A stretch of DNA of 64,000 nt from Lingula anatina (Eukaryota; Animalia; Brachiopoda): positions 17,560,567-17,624,566 of the forward strand of contig CM120649.1 in NCBI GenBank assembly GCA_051362555.1, given 5' to 3'. Below, one piece after another: positions 27,139 to 39,944 of the stretch. The notes under the pieces were generated by a model. It did no database searches. It had not been told where the DNA came from and saw only the letters and a program-made list of their open reading frames with translations. Position 1 is the first letter of the stretch. The number at the start of each line of letters is the position of its first letter. Made by a program: the position numbers and the translations under genes.

Positions 27139-27781
27139 CTGTACCGTTACCCTGGATTTAAACAGATGAAACGTTTTGGAAATTTTCTGGATTGCATATT
27201 TGAATAACATCCGCAATCCTGTGAACTTATAAACTTGAAAACTGCTGAAAACTGTTCGAAATTTATGAAAACGTAAAACAATATGGTCCGTGAGACCGTG
27301 ACGCATGCAGATAAGCTGTTTAATACTACATGTAACACGGACATGTATATGTGAGACAAAATCTCAAGATGTATATCAACTGACTACTTTTCTCAATTCA
27401 AAATTTACGCTTCTGCTTGCATATGTTTGATTTCCAAAAGTAAAGAAAATAAATGACTGATAAAATGACACGTTTTGCTTTGTTTAAATATTTTCCCCTT
27501 TTTTTCGAATAGTATAGGGACTGTGCTTAGACGACGACTGGTACTTCAGTTAAACGATATAGCTGAGAACAAAAATATACATAACGTCAATGAACCTCAT
27601 GTACACAAAACCCCTCACGACTGAAATTATAATATTGTGGCAAAGAATAACCCAAATTTTTCTTTCGGTGCATTAAACTCTCCTATGAAATAAGCTTTTG
27701 CATAAAAGGAAAAACGAGTACATGACTTAGGTGAAATTAAAATCGACATGTCTCATGTCTGGATGTGAATATCGAGAGTGA

Positions 27782-27824
<43 letters not shown>

Positions 27825-29251
27825 GTCATGATGATGATGATAAACTTATACCCTTTCTTTAGACGCAATTCCCAGATATATTTAATAGATTAGTCTTTGT
27901 TAAGTAAAATCCAAGTTTAAGAAAGAGAGAATTTTCATTAACATTTTGTTTCTTTACATAAAGGTTCATTTTGTCATTTACATATAAAAGGGTCGAAATT
28001 TCAGTTGTAAAATTTCCGTATCCTTTTTATATGATTACTAAACCTATGTATGTGCGCTGTAAACAAAGACCTTTAATAAGAACTCGAAATATCGAAAGGA
28101 GAAAAGAGGGGCAATATCACGTGTTGAACATTTGTGCCAAGTTAGACATTAGTACTACAAAATGCAGCGTTTGGCCAATTTTTGGTCCTTAACAAGCCTA
28201 CCAGCAATTCATTTCATAGGCATGTGCAGACAGGAAAAAGAAAACCACACACACAAAAACGTCACAGATCGCCTAGACCGACCCCTCCTAATAAGTAAAA
28301 GTACCTGTAAGAATGTTATGAATAAACGTAAGGCCATGATACGAATTCGCTGGATAATTCATAATGAACTCTTTCAGGCATTTATAAACAGTCCGCGTTG
28401 CTTTCACGTGAGATTAGATGTTGGTATGAAGAATTATTGGTTTGCACAGTTGTACACCCTTGGGCCAGACACTTCAGTAGCATCATTAAATAATGTCCTT
28501 GATGTAATTGTTGCGCCATAAAAAACATTGTGCATGCAATCACAACACAAACATACCGTGCTTGATGTGACAAATTGCCATATTGACTATGGTCTCCCTC
28601 CCCAATGTTCAAGTTTTTATTTTTATTTTTTCGGGAAAATTGAGCTTTTTTCAATTTTGATTCTGTGAATTTTGCTACTTCTTAAATTTTACCATCTGAA
28701 CCTGGTCCGATACAGAGTACATTGTAAAAAAACCCTGCAAATACAGTTATTGAAACAACATAATCCTTATATTTATACTTAAAAAATAAATCAGTTTTTA
28801 TTACCTTGTTGCTTCTGAGATAAGTGATGAACAAAATCCAGAGTAATCAGTATTTTAAAAAGAAAGTAAGAAATAGCGCCCATTCCTTAGTTTACATCTG
28901 TCTATGGGGTATATCGAATTCTCACTTTTAAAGTAAATAAGACACTGGTTATCAGTATCGTAAACATCTTGTAAACCTCAGAGATATATGTCTATAAACT
29001 AATATCCTCCAATTTATTTAGCATAAAATGTATAATGAGCCTTGATCTTATGTAATAGGCGTCTTCACAGAAGAGAGGTCAACATGTTGTAAGTATAAAC
29101 AACATCCACCAGACAAAGTACAAATCTTGATCTGGCCCACAGTTAACCTGACAGACAGTTAAGACGTGGCCAGATTTCTGAACAATGTGTAAGACTATAA
29201 AGAGTCTTGCATAAGTTAAATACTTTAACACCCACTTAAGAGACAGCTGCA

Positions 29252-30100
29252 ATGATGTTACGTGTGTTTCTATATTTGAGTTCTGTTGGACTTGTCTTTA
29301 CTTCTGCAGGTCACAGTCCACTCCACTGCTATGACTGCAACTTTAAAACTTTCATATACGGTACGTGATCGTTTTCTTCTTTTATATTAATGTATTAATG
29401 GATAAGCATATAACATCTTAATGAGCAAAAATGTGCATTGGCTTGGTAGTTGGATCATAAATGAAAATTATCAAACACAAGCCGAAAGACTTTCATACCG
29501 TTTGCTTACGGCCATCCTGGACGTAGTCTTTCATCAGCCTGATATCCAGCCAGGTTTGCCGTAAGGTAATGGTATTATTTTTTCAGCTTCTGTAAGATAA
29601 TTTTTATTTATGAGATAACATCTCATTTATGCAGATGGATTTGTCTCTTCGTCTTTTGGTCACAGTCCACTGCACTGCTATGACTGCAACTTTAAAACTT
29701 TCGGATACGGTACGTGATCGAATTATTCTTTTATAATCGTGATGAATAAGCATATAACATATAAATGAGCAAAAAGGTACTTTAGCTTGGTAGTTGGATC
29801 ATTAATGAAAATTATCAAACACAAGCCGAAAAACTTTCAAACGGTTTGCTTACGGCCAACCTGAACGTACATGTAGGCCTTCATCAGGGATGATTTTTTC
29901 GGCTTCTGTTTGATAATTTCATTTATGAAATAATATCTCATTCCTTCCGGTCGTTTATTTTTTCCTTTTTCCTTAATTCCGTTGCATGAACACAGCATAC
30001 ATTGTATTTGGTTTCCGCCTATAGACGGTGTGTATTTATTCATCAATAATCATTTTGGTGTTGGTAAATCTTTATCAGTAAATGATTTATACACGCGCGT

Positions 30101-30136
<36 letters not shown>

Positions 30137-30264
30137 CGTCTAATATACGTATTACAACCAAGCCTCACTCAAATGCTGAGAATATTCCCATCCTTTGTTG
30201 AAAGGTAATGAACTCAAGGCCACTCACCAAGCCTGCGTTAACCCAGAAAAAAATGGCCACCTCC
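29252..30264 (+). pseudogene. Partial three-finger copy 3: intact exon 1 (29252-29360), duplicated 3' part of exon 1 (29635-29709), 5' half of exon 2 (30205-30264)
   Basis: Exon 2 breaks after ggccacctcc and joins upstream promoter-region sequence. No exon 3. Confidence 0.75.
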
Positions 30265-30728
30265 CATTCCTAAATTTACGTTTATATATGAGGTATATCA
30301 ATTTCTCAATTTTAAAGTTATTAAGACATTGATTTTGATAAGAAATAATTAAAATTCTGCCAAAAGCATTTATTAAAATACCATCCATATTTATTTTACT
30401 GAATTAAATTAATCATACTACAATATATTGAAGGATAGGTTATAAATCTCGTAAAATCTTGTAAACCTCAGAAATATACAACTATAAACTAATATCCTAC
30501 CTTTGATTTTACATTAAGTGTATAATGACCCCAGATCTTATGTAATAGGAGTCTTAACAGATGAGAGGTCAAAATGTTGTAAGTATAAACAACATCCACC
30601 AAACAAAGTACAAATCCTGATCTGGCAGACAGGTAAGACGTGGCCAGATTTTTGAACAGTTTGAAAGACTATATAAAACCCTTCCATCAGTTTAAAACAC
30701 GTTAATACTCACGTAAGACACAGCCACA

Positions 30729-30837
30729 ATGATGTTACGTGTGTTTTTATATTTGAGTTCTGTTGGATTTGTCTTTTCGTCTCAAGGTCACAGTCCACTC
30801 CACTGTTATGACTGCAACTTAAAAACTTTCAGATACG
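30729..30837 (+). other. Orphan three-finger exon 1 (copy 4) with its own TATA box and intact donor
   Basis: MMLRVFLYLSSVGFVFSSQGHSPLHCYDCNLKTFRY then G|GTACGT. The intron is truncated at ~31200, where the next promoter block begins. Confidence 0.8.
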
Positions 30838-31498
30838 GTACGTGATCGTATGCTTCGTTTATAAGCAAATAACATATAAATTAACAAAAAGGTACATTAG
30901 CTTGGTAGTTGGATCATAAATGAAAATTATCAAATACAAGTCGAAAAAATTGAGAACGGTTTGCTTACGGCCAATCAGGATGTAGGCCTTCATCAGTTTG
31001 ATGTCCAGGTTGGTCGTAAGGCAACGGTATGACTTTTTTTCTGTTTGATAATTTCATTTATGAAATAAAACCTCACTTCATCCAGTCATTATTTTTTCCT
31101 TTTCTTTAAGTTTATGCGTACATCCCATGGTATTAATACAGCACACATTATATTTGGTTTCCGTGTATTTATTCATGAATAATGATTTGGGTGTTAGTAA
31201 ACTAATATCCTCCCATTGATTTAACATAAAATGTATTATGAGCCTTGATCCCATGTAATAGGCGTCTTCACAGATGAGAGGTCAAAATGCTGTAAGTATA
31301 AACAACATCCACCAACAGATAAGAGGTCAAAATGTTGTAAGAATAAACAACATCTACCAGACAAATACAAATCCTGATCTGGCTCACAATTAACCTGGTA
31401 GACAGTTAAGACGTGGTCAGATTTTTGAACAGTTGGTAAGACTATATAGAGCCTTGCATTAGTTAAAGACTTTAACACTCACGAAAGTGACAGCTACG

Positions 31499-32522
31499 AT
31501 GATGTTAGGATTGTTTCTATATTTGAGTTTTGTTGGACTTGTCTCTTCATCTCGAGGTTTCAGTCCACTCCACTGTTATGACTGCAACTTTAAAACTTTT
31601 ACATACGGTATGCGATCGTTTTCTTCTATTATATTCTTAATGAAGAAGCATGTGTCATCTCGTAAATGAGCAAAAATGTGCATTGGTTTGTTAGTTGGAT
31701 CATAAATAAAAATTATTAAACACAAGCCAAAAAACTTTCATACCGTTTGCTTACAGCCAACCTGGACGTAGTCCTTCATCAGACTGATGTCCAGGTTGGC
31801 CGTAAGGTAACGGTATGGAAGTGTTTGGCTTTTGTTAGGTAATTTTTATTTGTGAAATAACATGTCATTTTATCCAGTCGTTTATATTTTATTTCTTTTT
31901 TTACATTAATTCCATTGCATTACTACAACATACATTGAATTTGGTTACCTGCTGTATTAATTCTTTAATAATCATTTGGTTTTGGTGAATTGACAACGTT
32001 AAATGATATATACACACGTGTACACACGTCGCCTTGTAATATTACATTATTACTCTAATGCTAAGAATATTCTCACCCTTTCTTTGAAAGGTAATGGACT
32101 AAAGGCCACTCACCCAGCCTGTGTTGATCCAGAAAAAAATGGCCACCTCCTGGCAAAAGTTCCGTGTGACACTGCGTGTTTTAACAGACTTGACGAGAAT
32201 GGCTGTAAGTTTAGGGATATCTGCATCAATCATTAAGATGAAATAACGAAACTTTAACAGTTTATTTAAACCAGTTTTATTAAAATCAAGCCCTACTCGT
32301 ATACATATTTAGTCTTTGTGCATGTGTAGAAGAGAGAGATGCCTATCATATAAAGCTTTGACCATATCCTCAAAATTTTCAGTCGTCTACAGAGGCTGTT
32401 ACACCGGGAACTTCGGTGTGGACTCCAGTCAAGACGGTTGCAGTTTTCAAGTTGGAGCCACGTGGTGTTTTTGCCGTGTGTATCTCTGCAATACTGCACT
32501 GAATTTTACATTGCTGCCTTGA
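31499..32522 (+). CDS. Secreted three-finger protein, copy 5, 120 aa. Exons 31499-31607, 32091-32204, 32383-32522
   Basis: Intact 109/114/140-nt exons with 10 Cys. More diverged (MMLGLFLYLSFV..., HPACVDPEKNGHLLAKVPCD). Confidence 0.86.
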
Positions 32523-35500
32523 CCGTACCGTAACCGTGGATTTAAAAGAGATTAAACGTTTTTGAAATTTTCAGGAAGTTGTATTTGAATAAATTCCGCA
32601 ATCTTGTAAACTTATAAACTTGAAAACTGAAGAAAACTGTTGGAAACTCAAGAAAACAAATCAGTACACTGTCTGGGAGACCATAACGCATGCAGAAAAG
32701 CTGTTTAATACTAACACGGATATTTATATGAGAGACAAAATTTCAAGATGTATATCAACTAATTACTTTCTAAATTCAAAATTTACGCTTTTGCTTGCAT
32801 ATGTATGATTTCCAAAAGTTTATGAAATAAATGACACAACAAAAATGACACGTTTTGTTTTATTTAAATACTTAGTTAAATGTGATAGCTGAGAACAAAA
32901 ATATACACAACGTCAATGAACCTCATGTACACAAACCCCCTCACGACTGAAATTATAATATTGTGGCAAAGAATAACCCAAATTTTTCTTTCGGTGCATT
33001 AAACTCTCCTATGAAATAAGCCCTTTTGTAAAAGGAAAAAAGAGGTTTATGACTTAGGTGAAATTAAAATCGACATCTCTCATGTCTGGATGTGAATATC
33101 GAGAGTGGATTAATAATAATAATTATAATAATAATGATGGTCATAATGATGATGATAACCTTTCTTTAGGCGCAATTCCAGATATATTTGATAGAATAGT
33201 CTTTGTAAAGTAAAATCAAAGTTAAAAAAGAGCGAATTTTCATTAACATTTTTATTTCTTTACACAAAGGTCATAAATTCATAGTTTCATAAATTACAAT
33301 AAAGATTCGAAAACCTAGGGTCAATAAAAGTTGTAAAATTCTCTCTACTTGCTTACATGATTACTAAACCTATGTACGTGGGCTGTAAACATAGACCTTT
33401 AATAAGAATTTGAAACATCGAAAGGAGAAGAGAGAGGCAGTATTACGTGTTTGCCCCCCCCCCCCTCCCCAGATACATGTACTACAGAGATACTTTAGAG
33501 TTAATTGGAAATTATGTACATTCAAACTTTTTTTAATTTATAAGCTATGTATTAAAAAAATAATTTAAGAGGTCATTGTTGATGATCAGAAATGCATTGA
33601 AGTGGTAGTGAAAATAACAATATGCAAGGAACGCTGACCAAAATGTTGTGTGACTCCTGAATTCCGTAATATGTCTTGAATTTCACGTCGTTTGAAAACC
33701 CCATCTTAGCTTAGTGCAGTGCATATACATTTTGGTGATTAAGCCTAGAAACTTCTTGTTACAAAGGATCAAAATAGACAAACTTCCCCTTATTTATAAA
33801 AATAAAGATTCAAAAAATAGTAAATTCTAGTATTTCTATGAATTCTTAGTCGGGTCACCAGGATCCAATGCAACTGACATTTTATACATTTGATAACTTA
33901 TTGCGAGTACAGTGACTAAACTCAAATATATGAGAGAACTATTATAATTAGGTATTTACCATATACCTTCTTTCGTGGTGATTACTAATATTTTGAATTA
34001 TCTGAATTGGTCTGCTGTCTTATCAAATTTGATTGCGATATATGTGCCTGGGTCACACCCGTGATTGTGTGTATGGATAGAAGTGGTCTACGTAGACTGC
34101 ACATTAACCATGAGTGCTTTTAAAATATTAATGTTAGTAAAATATTGATCGCCGGAAGGAATGTGGTTTCTAAAAAAAAAAAAAAAGACATTGTTTAATG
34201 CTTGAATTAAAAATGTGATTTTGTAAGATTATACAAATTATTAACAATTGTTCAAGCGGGAGGTTGCCACGTGACCTCTCCCAGGGGATTCCCTTGGTAA
34301 GATCATTATTCATAATCTCCAACAAGATCAAATCTGGGACAGAAAAGTGAGTGGAAGCTGGCTGTATTTGTACTTTTTTGTTTGGAATGTCACCAAACGT
34401 ACATTTTACACGTGATCACTGACCTTTCAGCACTGTCAATTTATCTCAACTAAAGGTCAAAAATCAAATGAAGTTGCTCAGAGAGAAAAGCAAGTTCCGA
34501 AAATACAAAATAATTTTAAAACAGAATTGGATTAATGAAATTGCAAAAAAATCAAATAATAATACAACAATATTGCATCTTTGGGAGAAATACTCTTACG
34601 GTTTTACAGTTTTAATTCATGGTTAAAATTGCTTTTTGTTATAGAGATAGCTAAAATCTGACACAGCAGTATAAGTGGAAATTACAGTCAGCTCTTTAAC
34701 AGATGTTTTGCATTTACCTTTTTCATGTGAGCAATGTATTTGATGGACATGTGCACATACGAATTATGCAGACAGGAAAAAAACAAACAAAAAACGTCAC
34801 TGATTGCTTAGATCGACCACTCCTAATAGGTAAAAATAACAATGCTGTGAATACACTTTAGGCCATTATACGAATACGTTGGATAATTCATAATGAAGTC
34901 TTCACACCGCGAGTTAGAATTTAAAAAGCAGCTTGACGGTTTAAGACATTTATAAACAACCCGCGTTGCCATTACGTAAGATTAGATGTTGATATGAAGT
35001 TTTACTGGTTTGCACACTTGTACACCCTTGGGCCAGATACGACAGTAGCATTATTAAATAATGTGTTGCGCCGTAAAAACATTGAGCGTGCAATCACAAC
35101 ACAAACATTACGTCCTGTATGTGACACATTGCCAGGGGATATAGACCATGCTCTTTCTTTCCAGTCGATTATGTTCCATGTTTTATTTTTCTCTTTCGTG
35201 AAATTTGACATCAATTTTGTTTCTGTGAATCATTGCTACTTCTTAAATTTCAATATCTGAACCTTGCCCGATGTAGAGTACACATGTAGTTTTTGACACA
35301 ATATAACCTTTATATTTATAATATAAAATTTCAAATGATCATTTATTACTTTGTTGCCCTTTGAGATAATTGATGAACGAGATCCAGAGTAATCAGTAAA
35401 TAAAAAGGAAAGGAAGGAATAACACCCATTCCTACGTTTACGTCTTCACAGATGAGAGGTCAAATGTTGTAAGTATAAACAACATCCACCAGACAAAGTA

Positions 35501-35631
35501 CAAATCCTCATCTGGCCCACAGTTAACCTGACAGACAGCTTAGACGTGGCCAGATTTCTGAACAGTTGGTAAGACTATATAGAGTCTTGCATAAGTTAAA
35601 TACTTTAACACCCACTTAAGAGACAGCTGCA

Positions 35632-35740
35632 ATGATGTTACGTGTGTTTCTATATTTGAGTTCTGTTGGATTTGTCTTTTCGTCTAAAGGTCACAGTCCA
35701 CTCCACTGCTATGACTGCAACTTTAAAACTTTCAGATACG
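35632..35740 (+). other. Orphan three-finger exon 1 (copy 6)
   Basis: Intact 109-nt exon with TATA and donor. No exon 2 or 3 before the next promoter block at ~36455. Confidence 0.8.
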
Positions 35741-35773
35741 GTACGTGATCGTATTCTTCTTTTATAATCTTAA

Positions 35774-36110
35774 AGGGATAATAACTCTTCGTATGAAATC
35801 TGTATTTCACAATAAAAACATTGTGAGTGACTCATAAAAATATACTATATTCTGTTTTCCCACAAAAACGGCTGTTATAGCTATTATTCTGATATCTGAG
35901 CTTGTCTTTAGACCACGTGACCTCCATTGATGGCTATGCTCTGTTAAAATCTCTTAAGAGATTTTAACAAAAAAACAAACTTTTTAGAAAAAAAACAGGG
36001 ACTAACTTTGAATGTAAAAATGGATTCATTAACCATTGGTAAGTATGGGAAAATTGTTGTTTACTCCAGGAAAATTCATTTTTTGGCCGAAACGAAGAGT
36101 TATTATCACT
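35774..36110. mobile_element. TTAA-specific MITE (337 bp) with Kolobok-like termini
   Basis: TIRs agggataataactcttcgt / acgaagagttattatcact with TTAA on both sides. The empty site ataatcttaatgaataag is at ~36842. AG...CT ends fit Kolobok rather than piggyBac (CC...GG). Confidence 0.8.
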
Positions 36111-36712
36111 TTAATGAATAAGAATAAAACATATAAATGAGCAAAAAAGTACATTAGCTTGGTAGTTGGATCATAAATGAAATTAGAAAACACAAGCCGA
36201 AAAACTTTAGAATCGTTTGCTTACGGCCAACCTGGACATAGGCCTTCATCAGTTTGATGTCCAGGTTGGTCCTAAGGCACGGGATGACTTTTTTCTGTTT
36301 GATAATTTCATTGATGAAATAAAATCTCACTTCATCCAGTCATTAATTTTTTCCTTTTCTTTAAGTTTATGCGTAAATACCATTGTAATAATACAGCACA
36401 CATTATATTTGGTTTCCGTGTACTTATTCATGAATAATGATTTAAGTGTTGGTAAACTAATATCCTCCCGTTGATTTAACATAAAATGTATTATGAACCT
36501 CGATCCCATGTAATAGGCATCTTCACAGATGAGAGGTCAAAATGTTGTCAGTATAAACAACATCCACCAAACAAAGTACAAATCCTCATCTGGCACACAA
36601 TTAGCCTGGCAGGCAGTTAGGACGTGGCCAGAATTGTGAACAGTCTGTAAGACTATATAAAACCTTCCATCAGTTAAACTCGTTAATACTCACGTTAATC
36701 ACAGTTAAAGTG

Positions 36713-37455
36713 ATGTTACGTGTGTTTCTATATTTGAAATCTGTTGGGCTCGTCTTTTCGTCTCATGGTTTCAGTCCACTCCACTGCTATGATTACAACT
36801 TTAAAACTTTCAGATACGGTACGTGATCGTATGCTTCTGTTATAATCTTAATGAATAAGCACGTAACATATGAATGAGGAAGAGGGTACATCAGCTTGGT
36901 AGCTGGATCATAAATGGAATTTATCAAACACAAGCCGAAAAACTTTCAAACGGTTTGCTTACGGCCGACCTGGACGAATAGGCCTTCATCAGACTGATGT
37001 CCACGTTGATCGTTGATCAGTTTGATAATTTCATTTATGAAATAATATCTCATTCCTTCCAGTCGTTTATTATTTTCACCTCCTGACAAAAGTACCGTGT
37101 GACACTGCGTGTTTTAACAGACTTGACGAGAACGGCTGTAAGTATAGGGATATCTGCATCTATCATTTAGATGAAATAACGAAAACTTAACAGTTTGTCT
37201 AAACCAGTTTTATGAAAAGCAAGCCCTGCTCATATATATATTTAGTCTTTGTGCATGTGTAGAAGAGAGAGATGCCTAAGGTGTGAAGCTTTGACCATAT
37301 CCTCAAATATTTCAGTCGTCTACAGAGGCTGTTACGCCGGGAACTTCGGCGTGGACTCCAGCCAAGACGGTTGCAGTTTTCAAGTTGGGGCCACGTGGTG
37401 TTTTTGCCGTGTGTATCTCTGCAACACAGGACTGAATTTCACACTGTTGCCGTGA
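36713..37455 (+). pseudogene. Three-finger copy 7, damaged: exon 1 36713-36818 (first ATG>GTG, Cys2>Tyr), 3' half of exon 2 (~37077-37137, no acceptor), intact exon 3 37316-37455
   Basis: Direct comparison with copies 1, 2 and 5. Confidence 0.8.
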
Positions 37456-39944
37456 CTGTGCCGTAACCGTGGATATAAAACAGATAAAATTTTTTTGAGA
37501 TTTAAAAGATTGTGTATTTAAATAAATTCCGTAAACTTGTAAACCTGAAAACTGGTGAAAATTGATGAAAACTGGCGAAAACTTTGATAACCTAGAAAAC
37601 TGATAAAAAAAGCAAAACAATATGGGCCGGGGAGACCGTCACGCTGAACTAAATAAATGCACCGTAACAGGGCGGAAGTTCAAATATACATTGATAGGGC
37701 AAGTCATTTGACACATATCTACACATCTCCTTGGACAATTTACTCTGACCTAGCAGTTGCACGTGTACACACCCAGCCTGTTACCCAAATAAATACAAGT
37801 ACAAATATGTATATAAACACGTGAGTTACTGTAGTACATATTGTGTATTCCAAGGGTTATCAAAGTTCTTGGTTGCAAAATGGATTATCTAAATATTAAC
37901 ACTAATTGCATAAAAAAAATTAAAGCCATGAACTAGACGTAGGCCTACTGGAAAAATGTTTATTACCAACACGAATATATACAATATACATAATATACAG
38001 TATGTGAGATGATATTGTATGTTACCTGTTAACGACAAGAACATTTTGAGCAAATTTTGATGTAAATAAAATCAAATGTGAGTTACCCAGTTTGGTTGAT
38101 ATAGTTCCAAATTTCGTAGTAGGCCTATAATGCATCAACACAGACGGTAAATTTCAGTTTTCTATAAATTCTTAGTTGGGTCACCGTGTTCCAGGGCAAC
38201 TTACATTTCATACCTTATAAATTAAGTCAAAAATATTTGAGCTAACCATTAAAAAGATGTTGATCATACCTCTTGTTGTGGCCATTACTTTCATTTTCAA
38301 AGATGTCAAAGATCGGGATTGATACAATGTATGCTGGGTTATAAAACCAGATTGCGATAGATGTGCCTGGGTCACAACCGTGATTGTGCGAATGGATCCT
38401 TACTCTCGGACTGGCGAGGATATGTTTGCGACATGGTAAGCGAGTGATTAAAATTGAATGTCGGGAGGCTTTTGATTACAGAATAATTTAATATTATCAT
38501 TTTGTAAAATTATACAAAATGAATAAATAAATCACCCTTTTAAAGGGAGAATGCAACGTGACCACGCCTACACTTTGGGGGATTCCCCTTGGAAATGCCA
38601 TTCGTCATATATGAGAAATGTGACAGGAGATGTTCCATCTACCAAACATTTCAAACATTTACTTCGGAATATCGCTCTGACATACATATCACACCTGTTT
38701 ACTGACTTCAAGCATTAGGTAAGATATGGAAATTCACTGTTATTTTACTTAAATTAACAGGTAAACAACAGTAGATATCTTTCGTAGTTATCGAATATGT
38801 TGATCAAGCCTGTGACCCAGTTTACTCGAGGTCGTAGTACTATCAAAAAGATAAATATTGGTAGATAGAACGTGGCCTTGAAATATGTATGTACTGTAGT
38901 TATACAAAAGGTCGTAAAAGACTTCATTTTGTGCGTTTCGTACACAAATACTGGGTTTTTGCTTGAGAACTGCTCGCATTAGGGATACGAAACATCTGGA
39001 ATTCCCAGCGTCATTAGAAAAATATATGATATGTCCGATAAAATATAAGGAAGTATTATAGTGATTTATTTCAATAATGTGGTCAAGTTCCAGATGATGA
39101 TACAAATTTTATATTTTATTCGGTTTATTTTATACAACTAGCAGTGTATAGTTTCTCTTTGGAAACATTGTCTCTATTTATACGTGTTGCCAAGTAAACA
39201 CAAGCGGGACTTTCCCTTCGTCTAGTAGTACTAGGTGTCCCTGTGGGAAGGTTCAATAAACTAGCTGTGCCTGTTAACTATAATGTAGGAGTGTATGAGT
39301 ACAGTTGTAGGTACATGTAGACTGTGAATGTGAAGGTATGTGCCAACCGTTATTTTGAACAGGCTTTACAATGGAGGCCTTTTTACATCCCAGCATACAG
39401 AAATTCGCTGTTATTTTACTTCAACTGACAGCTAGGTTTACAACAGTAGGTAACTTTCGCAATTATCGAATATGTTGTTTAAGCCTGTGACCCAGTTTAT
39501 TCGAGGTCGTGGCACTCCTGTACTGAACTATTATCAGAAAGATAAATATTGGTAGATAGAGCGGGGCCTTGAAATATGTATGTACTGTAGTTATACAATA
39601 TAGGTTGTAAAAGGCCTCTGGTTGTGTGTTTCGTACACAAATACTGTACTTTTGCTTGAAAACTACTCGCATTAGGGATACGAAACATCTGGAATTCCCA
39701 GAGTCACTAGAAAAAAAAATATGATATCTCCGATAAGAAAAAAGGAAGTATTATAGTGATTTATTTCAATTTTGTGGTCAAGTTCCAGATGATAATACAA
39801 ATTTTATATTTTATTCTGTTTATTTTATACAACTAACACGTACCAGTAAACAGTTTCTCTTTGGAAACTTTGTATCTATTTATACTTGTTACTAAGTAAA
39901 CACTAGCGGGACATTCCCTTCATCATCGCTGCCAAGTAGTACTA

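Larger units (their letters stand above)
11970..37650 (+). repeat. Tandem segmental duplication array (full unit ~4.2 kb plus shorter deleted units) carrying three-finger protein genes
   Basis: Blocks such as ttgtacacccttgggccagat (~12300, ~24270, ~28451, ~35018) and the exon sequences recur in the same order. Confidence 0.92.
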
